This document shows, in pieces, positions 55,859 through 64,000 of a stretch of DNA of 64,000 bases; positions within the stretch are counted from its first letter, which is position 1; the number at the start of each line of letters is the position of its first letter. The notes beneath the pieces were generated by a model. It had not been told where the DNA came from. It searched no databases and saw only the letters and a list, made by a program, of their open reading frames with translations. A program made the position numbers and the translations under genes. Origin of the DNA: Bacteroidales bacterium. Lineage in GTDB: Bacteria; Bacteroidota; Bacteroidia; Bacteroidales; UBA10428. Location: contig DATEVU010000105.1 of the NCBI GenBank assembly GCA_035258345.1, forward strand, positions 4,689 to 68,688, given 5' to 3'.

Positions 55859-56050
55859 TCTGCTTTGTTCTGCTATGGTCACTAAAAATTTAACAATGCC
55901 TTTATTCGTTTCGGGAATGGTTACCACCATGCCCGGGTACTTGCCTTTACCAAAGGAAATACTATCTTCGTTTACGGTAAGGGGTTTCTGGGCATTGATT
56001 CCGTTAAAAGACAGGATAACCCCGAATAAGAATGTATAGATTGCTTTCAT
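55847..56050 (-). CDS. Hypothetical small secreted protein (67 aa)
   Basis: Signal peptide MKAIYTFLFGVILSFNGINAQ. It starts 19 nt downstream of the carbonic anhydrase stop on the same strand. No homology is recognisable, so this may not be a real gene. Confidence 0.35.
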   Translation of the reverse strand: MKAIYTFLFGVILSFNGINAQKPLTVNEDSISFGKGKYPGMVVTIPETNKGIVKFLVTIAEQSRSAI

Positions 56051-56068
56051 GATACGGCACCTATTTGA

Positions 56069-56629
56069 TTATTCACCCGAAATTTCGGTCAGGATACCGG
56101 TTCTTACATCATAAATAAAACCCCGTACAATAACATCCTTATTGACCAACGGATGATTCCTTATCCTGTTCACATCCTCAAGCACACTTTGTTTCTGATT
56201 CGAAATGGTGAGCCAGTTAATATACTTGCCTTCAAGTGAGCCTCTGCTCTTAACCTGATTTTTCCATCCGTCTTTGTCGATCGTTGCTGTGACAAGACTT
56301 TCACTCAGCAATTTGCCCATAATTTCATTATTAAAAGTTTCCATTCCACAGTCGGTGTGGTGAATTACTAACCAGTGACCGGTTCCAAGGAGTTTATGAC
56401 TAATAATAAGCGAACGAATAGCATCATCACTTGCCCGGCCGCCTGCATTTCGGATCACATGGGCATCACCTTCAACCAAACCGGCAAATTTGGCAGGATC
56501 AAGCCTGGCATCCATACAGGTAAGAATTGCAGTTTTCCTTGCCGGGGGCATGGAAAGATCCTTCTTTGTACCGAAACCGGCTGCATAAGCGTTATTTGCG
56601 CGCTGAATTTCATCAAATACGTTGCTCAT
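56069..56629 (-). CDS. Beta-class carbonic anhydrase
   Basis: Zinc-ligand contexts CMDARLDP and HTDCGM. 186 aa. Confidence 0.9.
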   Translation of the reverse strand: MSNVFDEIQRANNAYAAGFGTKKDLSMPPARKTAILTCMDARLDPAKFAGLVEGDAHVIRNAGGRASDDAIRSLIISHKLLGTGHWLVIHHTDCGMETFNNEIMGKLLSESLVTATIDKDGWKNQVKSRGSLEGKYINWLTISNQKQSVLEDVNRIRNHPLVNKDVIVRGFIYDVRTGILTEISGE

Positions 56630-56663
56630 AATTACATAGGTTTATGGTTATCGAAAATCTTAT

Positions 56664-56694
56664 AAAAAAAAGCCCTTCCGTTTTCGGAAGGGCT
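56664..56694 (-). terminator. Intrinsic terminator (minus strand)
   Basis: AGCCCTTCCG (56671-56680) pairs with CGGAAGGGCT (56685-56694), loop TTTT. The A run at 56664-56670 is a U tract on the minus strand. Confidence 0.8.
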
Positions 56695-56952
56695 ATATTT
56701 TAGATTGTTTTTGAAATTAATAATCTATAGCAGGTCCCTTCCGTTGTTTTGAAATGCAACATCCGGTATTTGATACCGTTGATAATTCAGAAACTTTGAA
56801 AATGATCATTTTAGGTTATGTTTTAATAAAGGCAAATTTACAGCAATAATCTCTCCGTAGCATAACAATATCCAATTTGGAATTAGTTTAATTCAATTAA
56901 CATAATTATCTTAATATTAGATAATTCCGTATAAATATTTTATTTATACATA

Positions 56953-57681
56953 CTATTTGCAGGCTGAAATATGCAACGATCCGGCTATCTCCCTGATCAG
57001 TGGAGTAGCCTCTGCAATACGTCCTACAGCCGAGACGGCAGAGATCAGTTTTTGGGGTACTGCAGGATGAAGGAAGTCAAATGGCTGTATTGTGATTCGG
57101 GAAAAGCCTGCATCGCTAAGCAGTTTCTTCAGCACCCACCTGAAAAAGGCCGTTTCATCCGGGGAATCACCTTGTTTCCTTTTAAGCCATGGTATGTTTT
57201 TTTGCAGGGCTATTTGCGGATTCATCATGTTGGGTTCGGTAAATGCAATGCATCCGCCCGGTTTTAAAACCCGGATGATCTCACGCAGGGCTTTTCCTAT
57301 TTCAAGATGATGCAATACCGAACTGCCAATTACGGTATTAAAAGAATTGTCGGCAAAGCTCATTTGATAGGCATTCTGGATTTCAAAGACCACATTACCC
57401 GTTTTAATCTCATTTTTTGCAGCTTCAATCAGTTCGGGTGAAATGTCGATTGCTGTAATGTTTATATTCAATTTTACCAGTTCTCTGGTAAAATACCCGG
57501 TACCACATCCAAGTTCCAGAATTGAATCGCCCTCTCTGAGGTTACCCGATAATAAATTTACCCTTCGTTGCCACCTTACTTTACCGGCCGGCGATTCCCA
57601 GTTCCAAACCTTCCCTGCACCGGCTACAGCCAGATATTTTCCATGCTCGATCTCACGCAGCAATCGATTATCCCCTGTCAT
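56953..57681 (-). CDS. Class I SAM-dependent methyltransferase
   Basis: Motif I ILELGCGTGYFT and post-I/II motifs (VIGSSVLHHL, LKPGG). Confidence 0.85.
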   Translation of the reverse strand: MTGDNRLLREIEHGKYLAVAGAGKVWNWESPAGKVRWQRRVNLLSGNLREGDSILELGCGTGYFTRELVKLNINITAIDISPELIEAAKNEIKTGNVVFEIQNAYQMSFADNSFNTVIGSSVLHHLEIGKALREIIRVLKPGGCIAFTEPNMMNPQIALQKNIPWLKRKQGDSPDETAFFRWVLKKLLSDAGFSRITIQPFDFLHPAVPQKLISAVSAVGRIAEATPLIREIAGSLHISACK

Positions 57682-57698
57682 AATGAAATCTGAATTGG

Positions 57699-59171
57699 TT
57701 AATAAAATTTGATCTTTCCGGCGGCAAACAGACTCATTTTAATTAGCAGCCATCCATGCCTGAAACGGCTGATCTGTGTGGAGCCATAGGTTCTTTCCTT
57801 ATAACGAACCAACACTTCGGTAATTTTCAGGTTAAGCCTGGCAGCACCAAACAGCAGGTCGAAATCACCAAACGGATCAAAGTCGCCAAAGTAGGAGCGG
57901 TTTTTCTTTATCTTTTCGTAGTCCTTTAAGAATAATACTTTGGTTCCACATAATGTATCTTTTAAACGCTGCCCCAGAATATAGGAAAAAAACCAGCCGA
58001 AAAACCTGTTGGCCAATAGATTCAGAAAACGCATGGCTTCCTTTTCCATTGGGTATACCAATCTGCATCCATTGATGAATTCGCCGCATCCTGTAGCAAG
58101 CGCCTTGTAAAACTTGGGCAGGTCGGCCGGGGGAGTGGTGAGGTCAGCATCCAGGATCATCAATACTTCACCGGAAGCGGCATCAAAGCCCTCCCTGACA
58201 GCATTCCCCTTGCCTTTGCCGGTTTGCTTCAGCGTCAGTATCCGTTTGTCCGAATAAAGTTCTTTAACCCGGATCATTTCTTCCCAGGTATTATCGGAGG
58301 AGTGTCCCTCGACAAAAATAAATTCCTGGGCCGTCCCGAATTCAGGAGTCTGCAGGATGACGTTTTCAATGTTTCCCTTTTCGTTCCTGGCCGGTACGAT
58401 AATTGAAACTGAAAATTCATGGTTACCGGCAATCCTGGGTCGGGCAACAATAAAATTCACCAGGGCGAAATAATTGATAAGGGGAAGATTGGCCAGTAAA
58501 CGGTTAAATAACCAATTAAGCAAAGGAATATATTTCGGCAGCAAGATTTTTCTGACATTGGAAATTACTTGAAATCCCTCTGTTTCCAACAGGTTGAAAA
58601 TATCGTGATGTGACAGCCAGTTAGGGTTCGGTGATCGTTGTTTCAATCCAAGAAGTTCACCCAGTTTGAGGATCGGCTCCCAGACAAAATTGTAATTCGA
58701 GATCACGATCCTTGTTCCGGGATGACAGTATGGTTGAAGAAAATTCAAGGCCTGTTGAACATCCCACAATACATGCAGTATATCGGATAATATGATATAG
58801 TCATAAGTTACGGACTGGCTCGCACCGGAAGCCGGCAGTGACAATTCTTCGATGTCAGCCTGCACAAAGTTCAGCCCGGGGTAATTTGACTTTGCCAGTG
58901 CTATCATTTCACCCGAGAAATCCACACCGGTTCCATGGCTGGGTTTTACCGATGCCAGGAGGTCACCCGTTCCGCAACCCAGTTCAAGCACGCTTGATCC
59001 TTCCGGAATAACAAAAGAAAAGTACTTTTCAAGAGATTTATGATAAAAACGATTACGCCTTTTCCACAATAACCTTTGCTGCGCACTCTTGTCGAAATAG
59101 GCTTTTATGTTTTCTTTTGAATCCAATAGTTTATATTTGCGTAGCTTACAATGATTGAAACAAACATACAA
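57699..59171 (-). CDS. Bifunctional SAM-dependent methyltransferase / family 2 glycosyltransferase
   Basis: The N-terminal half carries VLELGCGTGDL. The C-terminal half carries SIIVPARNE, ILDADL and a GtrB/DPM1-like tail. Confidence 0.8.
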   Translation of the reverse strand: MYVCFNHCKLRKYKLLDSKENIKAYFDKSAQQRLLWKRRNRFYHKSLEKYFSFVIPEGSSVLELGCGTGDLLASVKPSHGTGVDFSGEMIALAKSNYPGLNFVQADIEELSLPASGASQSVTYDYIILSDILHVLWDVQQALNFLQPYCHPGTRIVISNYNFVWEPILKLGELLGLKQRSPNPNWLSHHDIFNLLETEGFQVISNVRKILLPKYIPLLNWLFNRLLANLPLINYFALVNFIVARPRIAGNHEFSVSIIVPARNEKGNIENVILQTPEFGTAQEFIFVEGHSSDNTWEEMIRVKELYSDKRILTLKQTGKGKGNAVREGFDAASGEVLMILDADLTTPPADLPKFYKALATGCGEFINGCRLVYPMEKEAMRFLNLLANRFFGWFFSYILGQRLKDTLCGTKVLFLKDYEKIKKNRSYFGDFDPFGDFDLLFGAARLNLKITEVLVRYKERTYGSTQISRFRHGWLLIKMSLFAAGKIKFY

Positions 59172-59207
59172 CTTTTTATAAATACAGAACAGAATTACTG
59201 ACAGAAT

Positions 59208-61172
59208 ATGGCATCATTACGCAAAAAGCAAAAGCAGTCGAAGGATTCTCTTACCCTGATTGACAAGCTTGATAACCTGGTAAAACCCAGGTTAAATCTT
59301 GTTTTCTACTTCTCCCTTTTTTTTACGGTTTTATTCGGTGCCTACCTGTTTGATGTAAAGATAAGCACCGGAGGCGATGATTCCACTTATATCGAAATGG
59401 CCAATGATTTTATTAAAGGAAGAGCATTCCCTTCGTGGCACGGTCCGTTATATTCAGTATTTCTGAGTCTGCCGATACTGATCTTCGGGGTTAAGGTGGT
59501 TTGGCTGAAACTTTTTTCCTTTGTCTTCATTATCGCACATCTGATTTTGTTTTTTTATACATTCAGAAAGCATGTTTCCCCGTCGGTATTTGCCCTTGTA
59601 ATGCTCATTATTTCGGTAAATTCATCAGTTTTGTATTTTGCCAGTCAAACATACAGCGAAGCCATGTATATGTTTCTCCAGTCGCTGATCATGTTTCTTT
59701 TTATTAACACTTATCTGGCCACGCATTCCGACGAGTCACCAACGCTAAAGGATCAGGCATTGCAATGGCTTGTACTGGGTTTCTTTGTTTTCCTGGCAAG
59801 CCTCACGCGTAATATTGGCATAGTGGCATTGCTGGCCATGATTTCTTTCCTGTTGATGGAGAAATACTTCAGGGCAAGCTTGCATTTGCTCTTTTCCTAT
59901 GTGGTTTTTCTGATTCCTTATAAAATATATAAATCGGTTCTATGGGACGCCGGCAGTGCTGGAAAAACAGGACAGTTTTCGGAGATATTACTTAAAAACC
60001 CTTATAACAGGGCCTTGGGTTCAGAAGACTTCTCAGGCATGGCAACCCGTTTTTTTGAAAATGCCAGGCTTTATCTTTCCAAGCATTTTATGATCGGGTT
60101 AGGCCTGCATGATCCTTCCACTTCCGATAAGAGCTGGTTTGTGACATTCCTGGTTGTGTTGCTTTTTATTGTGGCAGTTTATTTTGCATTCCGGCGTAAC
60201 AAAGTTATGCGTTTCGTATCGCTATACATCGGTGCTTCCGTTGCTGCAACCTTTATTGCCCTTCAGCAGCAATGGGACCAGATGCGTATGGTCATTATTT
60301 ATTTTCCGCTGCTGTTGTTGTTGTTGTCCTGGGGGATACAGCAGCTTGCGGTCCGCAAAGGATATGGCTTTTTGCAGCTGTTGTTGCCGGTTTTTCTCGT
60401 TCTGGTCTTTTTCAAAACCCTGGGTTTTACTGCTGAAAAAGTAAAGGTCAATCAGAAGGTGCTATCTAAAAACATACGTGGAAATATGTATTATGGATTC
60501 ACTCCCGATTGGCAGAATTTCCTGCTTATGAGTGAATGGGTTGGAAAAAACCTTCCGGATTCCGCGGTGGTGGCTTCCCGGAAGCCTTCCATGTCTTTCA
60601 TATACAGCGGTGGAAGAGATTTCTACGGAATGTACAGATTTCCCTCGGATGAACCCGGATCATTAGTAAGGGGCATTGAAAAACGAACCGGTGAACTTTT
60701 CGTTTTGTCAAATAAAGACATGGATAATTCACTGCCCGTTCCCGTGAAATTATTGTTTAAATCTGCTGCGGTTGCCTATGTTGCCGAGGGCAGTGATATT
60801 TATGGCGTGTACGAAATGAAGGATCAGTATATGTCAGAAATTACGCAGGTAATCCGGGATTTTAAGCTTGGCACTTTCCCGGTTGACTCTTTGTTGAACC
60901 GGGTTTCGGTATCCAAACAATCCTGTTTTGCCGTATCACCTGATTCCCTGATCAACACCTTACGGAGAAATAAGGTTGATTTTGCCCTTATTGCCAGCCT
61001 CAGAGCTAACCCGAGTGCCAATACAGGCAATATCATCAATACTATTCAGCGGTATTTGTATTTTGTAGAGCAAAAATATCCCGGTATACTGGTGCTTGTT
61101 CACCAGATAGGGACAGAGATTGAAGAACCTGCCTGGCTTTACCGTATTGATTATAACAGATACCACCTGTGA
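59208..61172 (+). CDS. Polytopic membrane glycosyltransferase, GT-C (ArnT/PMT-like), with a C-terminal soluble domain
   Basis: At least 10 predicted TM helices over ~430 aa, then a ~220-aa soluble part. It is divergently paired with the polyprenol-P-type GT2 fusion. The fold assignment is by architecture only. Confidence 0.65.
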   Translation: MASLRKKQKQSKDSLTLIDKLDNLVKPRLNLVFYFSLFFTVLFGAYLFDVKISTGGDDSTYIEMANDFIKGRAFPSWHGPLYSVFLSLPILIFGVKVVWLKLFSFVFIIAHLILFFYTFRKHVSPSVFALVMLIISVNSSVLYFASQTYSEAMYMFLQSLIMFLFINTYLATHSDESPTLKDQALQWLVLGFFVFLASLTRNIGIVALLAMISFLLMEKYFRASLHLLFSYVVFLIPYKIYKSVLWDAGSAGKTGQFSEILLKNPYNRALGSEDFSGMATRFFENARLYLSKHFMIGLGLHDPSTSDKSWFVTFLVVLLFIVAVYFAFRRNKVMRFVSLYIGASVAATFIALQQQWDQMRMVIIYFPLLLLLLSWGIQQLAVRKGYGFLQLLLPVFLVLVFFKTLGFTAEKVKVNQKVLSKNIRGNMYYGFTPDWQNFLLMSEWVGKNLPDSAVVASRKPSMSFIYSGGRDFYGMYRFPSDEPGSLVRGIEKRTGELFVLSNKDMDNSLPVPVKLLFKSAAVAYVAEGSDIYGVYEMKDQYMSEITQVIRDFKLGTFPVDSLLNRVSVSKQSCFAVSPDSLINTLRRNKVDFALIASLRANPSANTGNIINTIQRYLYFVEQKYPGILVLVHQIGTEIEEPAWLYRIDYNRYHL

Positions 61173-61966
61173 AAGATAACCCCCTGCACTGGCAGGTAGC
61201 CCTTATCGGAGCAGGCAATGTTGCCTGGCATCTGGGACATGGCCTAACAAAAGCAGGAATAAGCATCTCCCAGGTGATCGCCCGTACAAAAGTCCCGGCA
61301 CAAAGCCTTGCCGATTCATTGAATGCCAGTTATTCCTTGAACTTTGAGGACTTTTTACCGGAAAATGACTGTTGTATACTGTGTGTATCCGATAATGCAC
61401 TTACGGCAATTGCAGGCAAAATAAAATTTGGTGATTGCCTTGCTTTACACACTGCCGGAAGTATCCCGGCAGAAGTGTTAAAAGGATGGGCAAAAAACTA
61501 CGGTGTATTGTATCCCCTGCAGACATTTACTAAAAAAAGGGCTCTTAACCTCTGGCAAATACCTTTGCTGGTTGAGGCGAACAATGAGGATAATCTTGTC
61601 AGGACAAAGAAACTGGCCTCCTTTATCTCCGGTAATATAGTTGAAGCCGGATCGGAGGAACGCCTGAAACTTCACCTTGCAGCAGTTTTTGCCGGAAATT
61701 TTTCCAATCACATGTATGCCTTGGCGGAGAAACTTTTGGTAAAACAGGGCCTCAGTTTTGATCTGTTAAAACCGTTGATTGCCGAAACAGCTGCCAAAGC
61801 GCTTGAAATTCCGCCTCACCTGGCTCAAACCGGGCCCGCGGTCCGGGGAGACAACACGATAATGGAGGAACACATGGCCTTACTTGAATCCTATCCGGAG
61901 TTCGCTGAATTATACAGGTTAATTAGCATGAGTATTATGAATTTGAAATCAGATCAAAATAGTTAG
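61169..61966 (+). CDS. Rossmann-fold protein, DUF2520-like
   Basis: Dinucleotide motif LIGAGNVAWHLG near the N-terminus. The GTG start overlaps the upstream TGA (GTGA). Confidence 0.65.
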   Translation: MKDNPLHWQVALIGAGNVAWHLGHGLTKAGISISQVIARTKVPAQSLADSLNASYSLNFEDFLPENDCCILCVSDNALTAIAGKIKFGDCLALHTAGSIPAEVLKGWAKNYGVLYPLQTFTKKRALNLWQIPLLVEANNEDNLVRTKKLASFISGNIVEAGSEERLKLHLAAVFAGNFSNHMYALAEKLLVKQGLSFDLLKPLIAETAAKALEIPPHLAQTGPAVRGDNTIMEEHMALLESYPEFAELYRLISMSIMNLKSDQNS

Positions 61967-62026
61967 CATTACAATCCGCAGACCGCAACCCACAACTTCT
62001 TTACTTGCAAACCTCACGATAATCGT

Positions 62027-62034
62027 TATTTTTG
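62027..62034 (+). promoter_or_regulatory. -7 promoter box TATTTTTG upstream of kdsC
   Basis: Exact TAnnTTTG 20 nt before ATG 62054, with CTTG 19 nt upstream. Confidence 0.45.
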
Positions 62035-62053
62035 TTGATTAAAACCTGAGCGG

Positions 62054-62575
62054 ATGCCGGAAATTAAAAAACAGCTTCATGCGGTTAAGGCCTTTGTTTT
62101 CGACGTAGATGGTGTTTTCACAAACGGCACTGTGCTGCTACATCCCAGCGGGGAATTCATCCGGATGATGAACATCAAGGATGGGTTCGCTGTTCAGCAT
62201 GCGGTTAAAATGGGATATCCCATTGCTATTATCACCGGCGGATATTCCAAGATGATCCGCAAGCGTTTTGCCTACCTGGGTGTCAAGGATATTTATATGA
62301 AAAGCGCTAACAAACTTGTGGCCTTTGATAGTTTCATGGCTGCCTACGGTTTTAAACCCGAAAATATTCTATACATGGGCGATGACCTGCCTGATTGTGA
62401 AGTAATGATAAAATCGGGATATCCGACCTGTCCCTCAGATGCTGCCGAGGAGATCAAGCAGCTCGCCGCATATATCTCTCCGCGTAAAGGCGGTGAAGGA
62501 TGTGTCCGCGATGTTATAGAGCAGGTACTCCGTTTGCATGGCAAGTGGATGAACGATAACACTTTCCTGTGGTGA
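62054..62575 (+). CDS. kdsC: 3-deoxy-D-manno-octulosonate 8-phosphate phosphatase (HAD-IIIA, YrbI family)
   Basis: Motif I FVFDVDGVFT and motif GDDLPD. 173 aa. Confidence 0.85.
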   Translation: MPEIKKQLHAVKAFVFDVDGVFTNGTVLLHPSGEFIRMMNIKDGFAVQHAVKMGYPIAIITGGYSKMIRKRFAYLGVKDIYMKSANKLVAFDSFMAAYGFKPENILYMGDDLPDCEVMIKSGYPTCPSDAAEEIKQLAAYISPRKGGEGCVRDVIEQVLRLHGKWMNDNTFLW

Positions 62576-62589
62576 AATTTTTCCGACAT

Positions 62590-63531
62590 ATGGTTGCCTT
62601 AGGCAGACTGGTAAGATTGCCAAACCTGATGATCATTGCCGCAACACAGGTGCTGATCAGGCAGTGTATTCTTTTGCCAATCCTGAATCACGGTCGTTTT
62701 GAACTGCAATTGTCAGGAGGGCTGTTCGTGTTGCTGGTACTTGCAACAGTGTTCACAGCCGCCGGCGGATATGCAATAAATGATTATTTCGACCGTAAAA
62801 TGGACCAGGTAAATAAGCCCCGGTCCCTGATCGTTGGTAAGCTGATTTACCCCAGGCATGCTATGGCTTATCATCTTATTTTCACCATTTCCGGTATTAT
62901 ACTGGGTACATGGGTTGCCTACCGCACAGAATTATTTTTCCTCAGTGTTATTTTTATTATGGTAAGCGGTTTGTTGTGGTTTTATTCCACAACGTACAAG
63001 AGAGAATTACTGCTGGGAAATATTATAGTTGCCCTGCTTACCGGAATGGTTCCTTTCCTGGTTCTGGTTTATGAACTACCACTGCTTGCCAGGGCTTACG
63101 GGTCGGATGTATCACCTTTGGTCCGGTCTTTGCTCATCTGGGTATCAGGTTTTTCGCTGTTCGCGTTCCTGCTGAACCTCATCCGCGAAATTGTTAAGGA
63201 TGCCGAGGACTTTGAAGGAGATCAGGCTTTTGGCAAAAATACAGTACCGGTTGTATGGGGTATGAAGGCTATGCGACAAATTACCGTCGCGCTGATTGTG
63301 ATAACTACAGCTCTCCTGGCAGCGACCTGGAAATTTCTTATACCCGGCACAGTTACACTCATATACTTTTTGCTGTTGCTGGTTTTCCCCCTGGCTGCTG
63401 TTATGATACTTGTGGTAAAAGGTGACGATAGCAAGACGTTTCATTCAGCCAGTACATTGTTAAAGCTGATCATGACAGCCGGATTGATCTTTATGATTGT
63501 GGCTAATGTTATAATAAGGACAATGCAATGA
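62590..63531 (+). CDS. UbiA-family prenyltransferase (digeranylgeranylglyceryl-phosphate synthase-like)
   Basis: About 8 TM helices, with Asp-rich motifs NDYFDRKMD and KDAEDFEGD. The start is uncertain (GTG 62569/62572 or ATG 62590). Confidence 0.8.
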   Translation: MVALGRLVRLPNLMIIAATQVLIRQCILLPILNHGRFELQLSGGLFVLLVLATVFTAAGGYAINDYFDRKMDQVNKPRSLIVGKLIYPRHAMAYHLIFTISGIILGTWVAYRTELFFLSVIFIMVSGLLWFYSTTYKRELLLGNIIVALLTGMVPFLVLVYELPLLARAYGSDVSPLVRSLLIWVSGFSLFAFLLNLIREIVKDAEDFEGDQAFGKNTVPVVWGMKAMRQITVALIVITTALLAATWKFLIPGTVTLIYFLLLLVFPLAAVMILVVKGDDSKTFHSASTLLKLIMTAGLIFMIVANVIIRTMQ

Positions 63532-64000
63532 CGCCTGCCGAAGCTTTAGATAAACTGAACAGTTACGATATTGTCCTGGCATCAAAATCACCGCGCAGGC
63601 AGCACCTTATGGCTGAACTCGGTTTGAAATTCAGGGTGGTGAATAACCTCGAGATGGATGAGGTTTACCCCTCGGTTTTAAAGGCTTCGGAAATACCGGT
63701 ATACCTTGCCCGCGCAAAAGCTGCCTGGTATGATAATCTGATCGGGACGAATACCTTGTTGATCACAGCTGATACTATAGTATGGCTGGGAAACGAGGTA
63801 ATCGGAAAGCCGCTGGACAAACCGGATGCCATTGCCATGCTGATGAAGCTTTCAGGGAATATGCACGAAGTCTTTACAGGTGTATGCATAAAATCAGCCT
63901 TCGGTGAAACCGTGTTTCAGGTAAGTTCCAGGGTATTTTTTCGAAAAATTACGCCGGATGAGATACAATATTATGTAGATAAGTACAATCCTGTTGACAA
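63528..64000 (+). CDS. maf: Maf-like nucleoside triphosphate pyrophosphatase (3' end outside the window)
   Basis: My translation from ATG 63528 (overlapping the UbiA stop) reads MTPAEALDKLNSYDIVLASKSPRRQHLMAELGL...ITADTIVWLGNEVIGKP. The frame stays open to the window end and is not in the ORF track because there is no stop. Confidence 0.85.
   Translation, partial: MTPAEALDKLNSYDIVLASKSPRRQHLMAELGLKFRVVNNLEMDEVYPSVLKASEIPVYLARAKAAWYDNLIGTNTLLITADTIVWLGNEVIGKPLDKPDAIAMLMKLSGNMHEVFTGVCIKSAFGETVFQVSSRVFFRKITPDEIQYYVDKYNPVD

Noticed and set aside
1-64000. Scan for mobile elements, CRISPR arrays, prophage, toxin-antitoxin or known defence-system genes
   Set aside because: No ORF shows transposase, integrase, recombinase, Cas, restriction-modification, nuclease-NTPase or phage-structural hallmarks. 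No repeat-spacer architecture is present, and the only tandem repeats have 7-nt units without spacers. The window reads as housekeeping chromosome.

Overview
This 64-kb window looks like core chromosome of a Bacteroidota-type bacterium. The evidence is recurrent TAnnTTTG -7 promoter boxes 10-30 nt upstream of start codons, a 287-aa primary sigma factor, a Rho factor with a ~200-aa low-complexity N-terminal insertion, a tmRNA tag GEPNYALAA, and no obvious Shine-Dalgarno at the start codons I inspected.

About 55 protein genes are supported, tightly packed on both strands:
- Central metabolism: zwf-pgl plus a class II photolyase, gnd, rpe, pdxB, larE, PFOR (nifJ), a mitochondrial-type aconitase, asnB, and a beta carbonic anhydrase.
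- Information processing and maintenance: rpoD, rho, ruvX, def, comEC, tsaC, miaA, and maf (3' truncated by the window edge).
- Envelope: a GT51 transglycosylase, a GDP-heptose-type operon with neighbouring glycosyltransferases, a methyltransferase/GT2/GT-C module, kdsC, a rhomboid protease, and a UbiA prenyltransferase.
- Amino acid biosynthesis: a leader-controlled ilvD-ilvB-ilvN-ilvC operon.

There are two RNA genes, tmRNA (16577-16971) and small SRP RNA (about 48069-48173).

I found no transposase, integrase, phage, CRISPR, toxin-antitoxin or recognisable defence genes, so I cannot honestly name a clear-cut new multi-gene system. The items most worth a second look are:
1. A translationally coupled heptose-nucleotide operon whose first gene fuses a nucleotidyltransferase, a GmhB phosphatase and a uridine-kinase-like P-loop domain.
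2. A complete Ile/Val/Leu leader-peptide attenuator in front of ilvD.
3. A family of heptanucleotide tandem-repeat elements that start at or inside stop codons. One pair of arrays folds into a ~90-nt G-U-dependent hairpin abutting the rhomboid start codon. Another is telomere-like (GGGGTTT) and supplies -33 TTTG boxes.
4. A block of four exported proteins of unknown function led by a secreted ankyrin-repeat protein.

All calls rest on motif reading by eye. No searches or folding programs were run.
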